DNA of 64,000 nucleotides from a virus (Duplodnaviria; Caudoviricetes): IMG/VR virus record IMGVR_UViG_3300028887_000100, positions 1 to 64,000 of that record; one strand, 5' to 3'. Shown piece by piece: positions 56,072 to 64,000 of this stretch (position 1 is its first letter; each line of letters starts with the position of its first letter). The notes under the pieces were generated by a model. It saw only the letters and a program-made list of their open reading frames with translations, ran no database searches and was not told where the DNA came from. The position numbers and the translations under genes were made by a program.

Positions 56072-56904
56072 CACCTCGTCCAATATCTTCGCATTTCGAT
56101 TATCCAAGCATCAATCAACATTGACTTTGATACACCTCTAATGCCAAGCTGACTCATGTACTTACTTGTGATTGATGTACCTGTCGCATATTTAAGCGGA
56201 TTCTCTTTCTTCATACGCTCCGCACACACTGCCATAAATGCTCGTAAAAACAGCTTTACATCATATCCTTCATCGTCTCGTAAAGCTAACTTGACAGATG
56301 CTTTAAAAACATTTGCTCCATCAGCTGTATCAATGTTGTCAATGACCTTATTGACATACCCATAAAAATCCTTAACTCCATATATCAGCATATGCTCGAC
56401 ATCTCCCGGAACATCGCATATATCACAAATCATGCCAAGCTCATCTGCTTTAGATACTCCCAAACGCTTGGAATATGCTCTAATTTCGTCGGAAGTATAT
56501 GGGTCTAACTGAAATATCGATGCTCGACTCTTAACTGTCTCTAAAGTCATTTCCGTGCTTTCCAGCGTCATAACAAAATAAGCGTTATTTGGTGGTTCTT
56601 CCGTTATCTTCAATAGTGAATTTTTAGCTTGTACTGACATTGTATCCGCATCTGCGATTATGTAGATAATTGGATTCACTGCGCGATAGCTCGTAGCTAT
56701 CATCTCTCGTATAGTATCTATCTTGACATCAGGAAGCTTATATGATGTGATTGACGGATTGCATTTTCTGAACTCATCGACTATCCAATCGCACATTGTC
56801 TTTTTACCACTTCCTACCTGTCCTGTTAAGATGCAAAATCTTGGAAAATCGCTGTTGTGTATAAGCATCTTAAATATATCTTGTAATCTCTTCTGACCTG
56901 TCAT
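56071..56904 (-). CDS. holB: DNA polymerase III delta-prime-like clamp loader subunit
   Basis: GQVGSGKK, NSLLKITEEPP, TVKSRA. Confidence 0.8.
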   Translation of the reverse strand: MTGQKRLQDIFKMLIHNSDFPRFCILTGQVGSGKKTMCDWIVDEFRKCNPSITSYKLPDVKIDTIREMIATSYRAVNPIIYIIADADTMSVQAKNSLLKITEEPPNNAYFVMTLESTEMTLETVKSRASIFQLDPYTSDEIRAYSKRLGVSKADELGMICDICDVPGDVEHMLIYGVKDFYGYVNKVIDNIDTADGANVFKASVKLALRDDEGYDVKLFLRAFMAVCAERMKKENPLKYATGTSITSKYMSQLGIRGVSKSMLIDAWIIEMRRYWTR

Positions 56905-57944
56905 TCTTTGCCTCCCTCTATCCAAAGCAGTAATCTTGCTTCTATGTCGTATTTAGGTGCGGAACTATACTTGATATCATTATCAATCTTTACAATCTCA
57001 TTCAGCAAATCCGTAAAGATGTCGTTATCTTTTAACCACTTATCAAGTCTCTTCTCATACTCATCAAGTCTTGGTATGTTCATCTGCTTCCAATCACATC
57101 CAAGTGCGTATTTGTTGACATCAAGTAAAAACTGCACATAGCTCTTGATAAATCGCTTTAAATCTTTGCCCTGTGCGTGTATATCGTCTATGATTGACCA
57201 CATCGCCATAGTATCACCATACACCAACTTATCTGTCAACTGAAACATAGTATCATAGTTTGTAACACCAAGTGCTTTCACAACATTTTCAAGTGTCAAG
57301 TCAAGGCTGTAAGATAAAGCTTTATCCATAAGTGTGATTGCATCCCGCATACCACCATCTGCTATCTTTGCTATGTACTCAACTGCTTCTAAATCTTGAT
57401 GGTCACCTGTCGGTATATTTCCTACTTCAACTTCTTGTGCTAATATCCAATCAAGCCTTTTTACAATACCTTGGTGACTTATCCTTTGAAAATCATACCT
57501 CTGTACTCTTGAAAGAATCGTCTTAGGTATTTTCTGCGGGTCTGTTGTACAGAAAATAAAAATGCTCTTAGCAGGTGGCTCTTCAAGAAGCTTCAGAAAA
57601 GCTTGCCAACCCATTAAACTGATTGCGTGGCACTCATCTATGATGAACACCTTATATTCACTATCAAGTGATTTTGTTTTTGCCTGCTGAATGATGTTTC
57701 TTACATCTTCCACGCTACTATTTGACGCGGCATCCATCTCAATAGGATTGCCTTTGCCTTTATTTATCTCTGATGCAAAAATACGCGCACATGTTGTTTT
57801 ACCTGTACCAGCTCCACCACAAAATAAATATGCATGTTTTACTTCATTACTCTCCAACTGTTGCTTCAAAATCACTTTGATGCTCTCCTGCTCTGTTACG
57901 TCATCAAATGACTTAGGTCTATATTTTACTGCTAACGATATCAT
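56901..57944 (-). CDS. dnaX: DNA polymerase III gamma/tau clamp loader ATPase
   Basis: KYRPKSFDDV, GGAGTGKTT, IIDECH, LKLLEEPP, TILSRVQ, GGMRDA. Confidence 0.95.
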   Translation of the reverse strand: MISLAVKYRPKSFDDVTEQESIKVILKQQLESNEVKHAYLFCGGAGTGKTTCARIFASEINKGKGNPIEMDAASNSSVEDVRNIIQQAKTKSLDSEYKVFIIDECHAISLMGWQAFLKLLEEPPAKSIFIFCTTDPQKIPKTILSRVQRYDFQRISHQGIVKRLDWILAQEVEVGNIPTGDHQDLEAVEYIAKIADGGMRDAITLMDKALSYSLDLTLENVVKALGVTNYDTMFQLTDKLVYGDTMAMWSIIDDIHAQGKDLKRFIKSYVQFLLDVNKYALGCDWKQMNIPRLDEYEKRLDKWLKDNDIFTDLLNEIVKIDNDIKYSSAPKYDIEARLLLWIEGGKE

Positions 57945-58144
57945 TTTTCCTCCTCATACTTGATAAATGCTAAAGCTAATCCACACCCTAAACAGATGAC
58001 TATACCAGTAATCCATAATTTAATCTGTGATGTAAGTCCACTCGCTTCAGATGTCTCAGAAAAGAAACAAATCAATCCGAATATAAATCCTACAACAAGC
58101 ACTATCTTGATAATCAATAAACATGCTTTCATAACTTTGTACAT
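57941..58144 (-). CDS. Small two-TM membrane protein
   Basis: Two hydrophobic helices. Confidence 0.55.
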   Translation of the reverse strand: MYKVMKACLLIIKIVLVVGFIFGLICFFSETSEASGLTSQIKLWITGIVICLGCGLALAFIKYEEEK

Positions 58145-58147
58145 GTA

Positions 58148-58372
58148 TCATTTCCCCTTTCCTACAAGTGCGTATTCAGCGTAATTAGTTACATGTCCAT
58201 AACGATTTATCGTAGTACACATATTGGTCAGAATATTCATTCCGTGATGATGTCTCAACACATGAATGATTGCCGAAAGTCTTGTGATGCCTAAGTCAAA
58301 AGCTTCCATACTTGTGACTCTCTCGCCATCTTCAAGTTTCTGCTTAATAATGCTTAATTGTGTTGCGTCCAT
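58148..58372 (-). CDS. Winged helix-turn-helix protein
   Basis: VTSMEAFDLGITRLSAIIHVLR. Confidence 0.7.
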   Translation of the reverse strand: MDATQLSIIKQKLEDGERVTSMEAFDLGITRLSAIIHVLRHHHGMNILTNMCTTINRYGHVTNYAEYALVGKGK

Positions 58373-58689
58373 TGTAATACCTCCTTAAAAGTCTTTTCAT
58401 CTATGATGTAATAGCGACTGACATTATCACCAAAGTCAAAACATAAAGCATTATAGCTTTTATTCATTGCGAATGCTTCTTCCTTGTTCTTATCAAGCCA
58501 ATCACGTTTGATGCTGAATGATGCTTTTTCTGTCGTTGCTGTCTTGCATTCTATCAGCCAATCTTCTGTCGTAACATCACCCTTTTTAAACTCTGTAGCT
58601 CCGCTGTTTGCTGTCTGCTTTCCTTTAATAACTTTAGCAACCGCCTTTTCTTGACGGTTGCTATAAAATCTCGTAGGTCTTTTGTTCAT
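58354..58689 (-). CDS. Small PD-(D/E)xK resolvase-like nuclease
   Basis: NSGA...KGDV...IECKT. Confidence 0.75.
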   Translation of the reverse strand: MNKRPTRFYSNRQEKAVAKVIKGKQTANSGATEFKKGDVTTEDWLIECKTATTEKASFSIKRDWLDKNKEEAFAMNKSYNALCFDFGDNVSRYYIIDEKTFKEVLQWTQHN

Positions 58690-58690
58690 G

Positions 58691-60302
58691 TCATCTCCAA
58701 ATTAACCACTGTAGTATATTGTTTTCAAGCACATATCCAAGATTGTACTCTAAAGAACACGGGTATTTTTTATCATCTTCCCTAAATTCTTTGCATTGAT
58801 TCTTGATACATTCCAGCGACTTCTTAACTGCATCAACAAGCTCATTATAAAGTGTTTTACTCATTTCAAGCTGTTTTTCAAGTGATACAATCAGATAATC
58901 AAGCTGACTAATACGCTTCTTTATCTGTTCAAAAAGCTCATCAGGCGTGTATAGATAAGTGGGAATCGTACAACTGTAATAGGGTTTATCTGCTTTCTCT
59001 CTGCGCGGGTCATCTTTCGGTAAATCAGTAACATTGATGTAAGCCCAAATCGTATAACTACAATTCACACCACGACTGTTTCTACCACTCACAGTAAGTA
59101 CCGGATGGTGGTCATCTGAATATCTCTCACACCCATAATTCGCATTCTTGAAACTCTTTGCTCTTGAAGCAAAATCTGAACCATCTTTCTTCTTCAGAAT
59201 CTTGACTTTTGACCAAAGCTCTTTCTCAAGCTTTGCTGTCTCAATGCTGTCAAGAAGTGAACGCCTTACATCTTCAAAATCTCTGATTTCTTTATTCATA
59301 AGCTTTCCTCCTTTCACGCGATGGTGATGCTGATGTATGAATTGTCATTGTCATCTGTAAAACTGATTACACGCTCAACTGTGCGGATAAGGGTCTTGTA
59401 AAGCTCATCGGGGTCTGTTGTAGCTCTGAAGTTTGCACAAGCTCCTTCATAAATCAAATTGCCATTTGTATCTTCAATGCGAATCTGCTCCCAACCAACA
59501 ATAACTGAAAGAATGTTTGTTAATACCATAATCATTTCTCCTTTCGATGCTTACGAATTTTTCAAGTGTCTCATCTCAACTGACAAGAACATTATACAAC
59601 ACGTTTTTGTATTTGTCAACAACTTTTTTGAAAAAATTTTATTTTTTATTTTTCTCGATGTAAAACTGCTGTCCTAAGCTATCTTCCCACAGATTCTCAT
59701 CTACTTTCTTAAATCCTGCTGATGCAAGCGTTATCTCTGCTTCTTTCTTTGTCTTGAAACCCGGATGTGCAATTCTTGACTTACCATTTACTGTCGCCAT
59801 AACTAACCATTTTCCAAAAGCTTTCATATTGTCTCTCCTTTCACGCAAACCAAGCACTGTTGAATCCGAACATTAATAACAGCTGTCCTCGATTTCTTCA
59901 ATCTCTGCACCAGTAAGCCCGCACTCTTTCTGAAGTATTCGCTCTTTATCGGTGATTGAAGCTGAAATAATCATCTTTTCCTCTGCGCTGTATCTTGCAC
60001 TAAGAAACATCTTCATAAGCTTTTTAACACCAGATATAAGCTCGTTCTTAATATGCTCATCAATATCTTTCTTGCTATTGAAAACAACGTGGTCAATGTA
60101 GTAGCCTCTGTATTTTGTCATATCTCGTACCTCACTCTATTACAAATCTTGAAAATCTATCATCAATATCATCTTTGCAAGCATCAACAAACTTATTTGC
60201 CCAATTAACTGAATTAAATGTTGCTATCAAATCTTTGCTCTGAACCTCTCCGCAATAATTAAAGAACTCGATGTACACATTAACTTTGTTTGTTTTCTTC
60301 AT
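58691..60302 (-). CDS. Five small early genes
   Basis: 58691-59317, 59314-59535, 59639-59857, 59873-60121, 60132-60302. Confidence 0.6.
59591..59619 (-). promoter_or_regulatory. Consensus promoter TTGACA-N17-TATAAT
   Basis: Perfect hexamers; AAACGTGTT in spacer. Confidence 0.85.
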
Positions 60303-60349
60303 ATCTCGTACCTCACTTTTCTGTCGCTGTCTCTCTCAATCACAAGAAC

Positions 60350-60378
60350 ATTATATAACACGTTTAGCCATTTGTCAA
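60350..60378 (-). promoter_or_regulatory. Consensus promoter TTGACA-N17-TATAAT
   Basis: Perfect hexamers; AAACGTGTT in spacer. Confidence 0.85.
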
Positions 60379-60402
60379 CACTTTTTTTAAATTTTTTTTC
60401 AA

Positions 60403-60435
60403 AAAAATAAGAGACCCTCTCGGACCTCTTATTTT
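60403..60435 (-). terminator. Intrinsic terminator after the beta clamp gene
   Basis: ATAAGAGGTCC-GAGA-GGGTCTCTTAT-TTTTTT. Confidence 0.8.
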
Positions 60436-60449
60436 ATCAAGCTTTAAGC

Positions 60450-61589
60450 TTACGCATTATCTTCCTCAAACAAGCTCAAAATCTGCACGATATCACCATC
60501 AATAAGCTTGATTGCTGACTCATCACCAAACTGAAGTTCTACAGTATCTGTGGACTGCGCTTTTACATGCTTTGTAAATGCTACAGAATCAACAGTACAT
60601 TCAAACTTATCCTTACTTCCTGACATATACGTAATATCTTCCACGCCTGTGCTTGCAAGTGATGATATCTTGACAGCTTTACCATCAAATGTCAGCTTGA
60701 TTGCGTTGTCATCATATGCACCTATAAACAATGATATTCTATCAAGCGCCTGCATCAGTGCATTCTTTGACAGCTTACAGCTGTAAGGCATATTTGCGTC
60801 TTTAAACTGCTTCAGTGCTTCTACGGGATAATCGTCAATACCTTCCATCGCATGTGTGTAAATCTGAATATCTGAAGCGTAGAACAAAAGCACTCCCTCA
60901 TCGTATCTCTCGACTGAAAACTTATCATCAGCTGACAATGCTAACAGCTCTATAACTGTCGGAGACAGTATTACAGGCTCTTCCATAAGCTCTGCACTGT
61001 AAATGCTCATCTCATCTCCGTTTGTCGCGGCAATGATGTCTCCTGCATAATAACCTGTAAGATATGGTGCATCCATCGAAACAGCAAGCGCGGGCTTTAC
61101 AGAATTAAGCATCTTTGATACCACTGAAAGTTTGATATTGCCCGTTCCTGCTTCAGGCATCACTAAGTCACTAATCGGGTCAGGATACTGTATGGAATTT
61201 CCCATTTCGTCATACTGTAAAGCTATAGTGTACTTTCCGTTACCTGTAACATTAAGCTTATCAGCATCAGCTTCCATCGTGATTTTCTCACAGGTCTGCT
61301 TTTCTATCAGCTTTGCAAACTGGTCAGCAAGCACTGTGGCATAGAACTCTCCTTCAATGTTCTTCTGTCTCACATACAGATAATTGGTTCCTGTCTCATC
61401 TGACACAATCAGCGTAAGCTCTCCATCTTTTACTCTGATGCACATCAACTGTGTAAGTGGTAAAAGCTTGTTATTACCTACTCCCTTGTAAGCTTTGCTT
61501 ACCAATGTTTTGAATGTCTCCGCTGAAATCGTCAGCGCATTTGCTTTTACTGCTTCTGTCTTTGTCTCTGTCTTTTTCTTCCCTGCCAT
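60450..61589 (-). CDS. dnaN: DNA polymerase III beta sliding clamp
   Basis: 379 aa; LTLIVSD, IAATNG, LMQALDRISLF, VELQFGDE; clusters with clamp loader genes. Confidence 0.8.
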   Translation of the reverse strand: MAGKKKTETKTEAVKANALTISAETFKTLVSKAYKGVGNNKLLPLTQLMCIRVKDGELTLIVSDETGTNYLYVRQKNIEGEFYATVLADQFAKLIEKQTCEKITMEADADKLNVTGNGKYTIALQYDEMGNSIQYPDPISDLVMPEAGTGNIKLSVVSKMLNSVKPALAVSMDAPYLTGYYAGDIIAATNGDEMSIYSAELMEEPVILSPTVIELLALSADDKFSVERYDEGVLLFYASDIQIYTHAMEGIDDYPVEALKQFKDANMPYSCKLSKNALMQALDRISLFIGAYDDNAIKLTFDGKAVKISSLASTGVEDITYMSGSKDKFECTVDSVAFTKHVKAQSTDTVELQFGDESAIKLIDGDIVQILSLFEEDNA

Positions 61590-61601
61590 GATGTCTCTCC
61601 T

Positions 61602-61769
61602 TTACGCTTTAACTTCTTTTGAATACTCTTTCCATGCATCAGAAAATCTTCCAGCTTTGATGCAATCATGCACTGAAATACCTAAAATGTGCATATTGTT
61701 TTTTGCAACCATTCTGTCAATCTTTCGCGTGTGTACTCTGCGAAACGGCTTTTGTCTTGTTCTTCCCAT
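61602..61769 (-). CDS. 55-aa basic protein
   Basis: MGRTRQKPFRRVHTRK...; fills the gap between two genes. Confidence 0.45.
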   Translation of the reverse strand: MGRTRQKPFRRVHTRKIDRMVAKNNMHILGISVHDCIKAGRFSDAWKEYSKEVKA

Positions 61770-61774
61770 AACTG

Positions 61775-62626
61775 TTATCCTTTCTTGAATTTATCGCTTA
61801 TTATTTTTGGCACTGCATGGTCCCAATCTATGAGATGATGAATCCTCTTGTGTCCACAACCCATCTCTGATATTTTAACACATGAGGGATTTCCCATAAC
61901 AGTGTAAAAAGACTTCACATATGTGCCCATCTGTAAGTAGGCGTCTGTTAAACCACCGCTGTTCTGCTGTGTGTCGTGCTGGTTTAATGTCATATCTGAG
62001 ATTGTAAAAAACAGCTTGCCTCTACTTCCCAATGATACATAAGCGTTGACATCTTCATTAATTCTACCATAAAAATCAAAAGGTCTGTCAACTTTACAAA
62101 AAAAGCTGTTCATTGCTTTTCTCAGAATCTTTTCTTTAAACAGCTTACAGCCACTACCACCAATGAAATCTCCTGTCTGTCCAAATGCCACTGTCGTTGC
62201 TCCACTCGTTTCAAGGAAATCTATTGTCTCATCTATCACCGAATCTAAATCTGTACAGTAGACTGTGGCAAGCTTATCTCCGTCCCACATTCGACTTCTG
62301 AAGATTGTATAATCATCATCAAGCTCTAAAAAATATGTCAGGCCAAGCTTCTTAGCTATCTCAAAACAGCTGTTACGTGCAAACAATACAATATTTCGAT
62401 TATCAACTAAATCCATTGTATCACAGCTCTTGGCTTTCTTCTTTTTGTCAAACATAATGACATTTTCAGCACCAAATCGCTGTCGATATAAATCTGCCTG
62501 CTTATCCTCATTATCGATGATATAATAGATTCTATTTGTATTTCCGCATCGCTTTAATGTATCTGTCGTTATCACATTATCAGCTCTGCCATGTGTCAGT
62601 ATGAAAATGGCAAAATCAGCTCTCAT
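61775..62626 (-). CDS. GT-A fold glycosyltransferase, TET-associated (TAGT-like) family
   Basis: FILTHGRAD, FARN, ELDDDY, GRINEDVN, QQNSGGLTDAY, VKSFY. Confidence 0.8.
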   Translation of the reverse strand: MRADFAIFILTHGRADNVITTDTLKRCGNTNRIYYIIDNEDKQADLYRQRFGAENVIMFDKKKKAKSCDTMDLVDNRNIVLFARNSCFEIAKKLGLTYFLELDDDYTIFRSRMWDGDKLATVYCTDLDSVIDETIDFLETSGATTVAFGQTGDFIGGSGCKLFKEKILRKAMNSFFCKVDRPFDFYGRINEDVNAYVSLGSRGKLFFTISDMTLNQHDTQQNSGGLTDAYLQMGTYVKSFYTVMGNPSCVKISEMGCGHKRIHHLIDWDHAVPKIISDKFKKG

Positions 62627-63011
62627 CTTTTGTCCTTCTTCCTGTCTGGTCCATAATCTGCTTAATGTTTTTACTCAGCTTTACATACCCATTCACAATA
62701 GCATCATTGATATCAATTATCACCAACGCTGATTCTTCCATCAATCTCTGCACTTCAGGTTCTGCATGGGCATAAAAGTCTGCTATCTTTGCATAATTGA
62801 ACACTATATGCCTTGTTGCTCCAAGCTTCAGAAAGTCTTTAATTTCGTCTGGAATATCGGACTTGTTGATATTCTGCATAAGCTTTTTATACTGTGCTAA
62901 ATCACAAAGCTCATGCATCTTAGGAGCTATTGCACTTGGTAAATACTGAGGTGGTAATACTTTTGCTGTGTATTTGGTATCAACTTCTTTTTTGATTTTA
63001 AACAATGGCAT
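62616..63011 (-). CDS. Conserved glycosyltransferase partner protein
   Basis: RHIVFNYAKIADFYAHA...SALVIID..DAI..GYV. Confidence 0.7.
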   Translation of the reverse strand: MPLFKIKKEVDTKYTAKVLPPQYLPSAIAPKMHELCDLAQYKKLMQNINKSDIPDEIKDFLKLGATRHIVFNYAKIADFYAHAEPEVQRLMEESALVIIDINDAIVNGYVKLSKNIKQIMDQTGRRTKDES

Positions 63012-63829
63012 TAAACTATCCTCCTGTATTCTGGACTGATTATCTTAGGTGTAAAACTTGCATAAGGTATTGTAGGTCTGTCCAATGCAACAGGTCTCTG
63101 ACCTAATAGAACAAGATGCTGGTAATACTCTGACTTACTCATATTACCATAACAATCTGTTGTGGTGTGAGGGTCTCGGCAACATACTTGTAATCCAAAT
63201 GGACATATCGACATCTTACCAATTTTGTTGTTCTGCAATATAATGTCCATATCTTCAAGTATGCTTGTTCTCAAAACGTCTGGCATTCTTTCAACATCAT
63301 AGATAAACATATTTCCATATCTTGTAGAATACTTATCCGCACAAGTGCTGTTAACCCCAATATAAAAGCTTGAATTTGGTGGTCCAACAAGAACCAAATC
63401 ATCACTCGAATTTAACAGATTAACATACATGTCCATCATTCTATCAAAGTCAAATTTTCTTGTTGATTTAACCTTGTTCTCAGCACTTACATATCGAATC
63501 TGAAAATACTGTATATCATCAAAAAGATAACAAACGTATTTCACACCAAGCTGAAGTGCAAAGTCCTGAACTGCTAATCTCGAATATGTACACACTTTAT
63601 GAGTTTTAGCATAAACACCAATATCATCTATTTTGTCGATATAATCAGCTTTATCAAACACCAAAAGGTTATCTTTGTATGTGGTCTTATACTCTTCAAG
63701 CTTAGGGTCATCAGTACCTACAACTATGTAGATAGGATATTTTACATCATGCTCTTTAAGCTGTTGTAACGTCATAATGTTATCAGGCTTACCATAGCTT
63801 GCTATGAAATAAGCAAAGTTATTTTTCAT
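63011..63829 (-). CDS. Second TAGT-like glycosyltransferase
   Basis: FIASYGKPD, YSR, LFDDIQ, LEDMD; similar to 61775-62626. Confidence 0.7.
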   Translation of the reverse strand: MKNNFAYFIASYGKPDNIMTLQQLKEHDVKYPIYIVVGTDDPKLEEYKTTYKDNLLVFDKADYIDKIDDIGVYAKTHKVCTYSRLAVQDFALQLGVKYVCYLFDDIQYFQIRYVSAENKVKSTRKFDFDRMMDMYVNLLNSSDDLVLVGPPNSSFYIGVNSTCADKYSTRYGNMFIYDVERMPDVLRTSILEDMDIILQNNKIGKMSICPFGLQVCCRDPHTTTDCYGNMSKSEYYQHLVLLGQRPVALDRPTIPYASFTPKIISPEYRRIV

Positions 63830-64000
63830 CTACAATATCCTCCAATAACATTGAATAGTCATTAAGATACTTGAAATAACCTGATTCTATAGCTTTATCT
63901 GTATCTACTATCACGCTCTTTAAGGCTTCAAGCCAACGCTTAATATTAGCGTCTTTTGTGCTTGCGTATAAATCTGCTAACTTCTCATACTTAAACACGA
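63819..64000 (-). CDS. Partial (5'-truncated) paralog of the glycosyltransferase partner
   Basis: VFKYEKLADLYA...SVIVDTDKAIESGYF aligns with 62616-63011. Confidence 0.7.
   Translation of the reverse strand, partial: VFKYEKLADLYASTKDANIKRWLEALKSVIVDTDKAIESGYFKYLNDYSMLLEDIVDEK

Larger units (their letters stand above)
18960..64000 (-). mobile_element. Right siphovirus-like segment (tail, A118-like head, terminase, recombination/replication, glycosyltransferases)
   Basis: Canonical order terS-terL-portal-minor capsid-scaffold-capsid-connectors-tube-chaperones-tape measure-Dit-hub. Confidence 0.95.

Noticed and set aside
129-61788. Plus-strand ORFs in the track (for example 3508-4059, 10885-11373, 26375-27016, 27602-28078)
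   Set aside because: They are antisense shadows of long minus-strand genes, with no RBS or recognisable motifs
1-64000. tRNA/rRNA genes or stop-codon reassignment
   Set aside because: No cloverleaf-like sequence noticed in the few intergenic gaps; genes are full length under the standard code and use all three stops

Overview
The whole window is tailed dsDNA phage (or prophage) sequence from a low-GC Firmicute host, probably Clostridia (inferred). Essentially all real genes lie on the minus strand. Reading in the direction of transcription (64 kb to 1): two tandem partner + glycosyltransferase pairs (probable DNA base glycosylation); a beta clamp and a complete bacterial-type clamp loader (DnaX, HolB, HolA); a Cas4-like nuclease, RecU, UvsY-like protein and RecA; small early genes; terminase; an A118-like portal/minor capsid/scaffold/capsid; a siphovirus tail with modular fibre genes; then a tyrosine recombinase, two beta-helix proteins, holin and endolysin, an array of modular proteins, and a run of promoter-gene-terminator cassettes. 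The two most striking features are independent families of proteins with a shared N-terminal peptide and swappable C-terminal domains. (1) Four 'WITxNGxHxPI' proteins sit in the packaging module and end in ADP-ribosyltransferase, zeta-like kinase, GNAT-like and nuclease-like domains; three have small adjacent partner genes. (2) Seven proteins at 3-13 kb share a helix + L-x-H leader (five HHG/HYG-type, two HA-type) and carry papain-fold, membrane-hairpin or other tails plus duplicated small partner genes. Both look like capsid-loaded polymorphic effector systems (inference). A sharp compositional junction lies at about 19 kb: GATC is common to its left and I found none by eye to its right. It coincides with a triple repeat beside the recombinase, so the window is a natural hybrid, an insertion or a mis-assembly. 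All family assignments are from motif recognition and memory; no searches were run.
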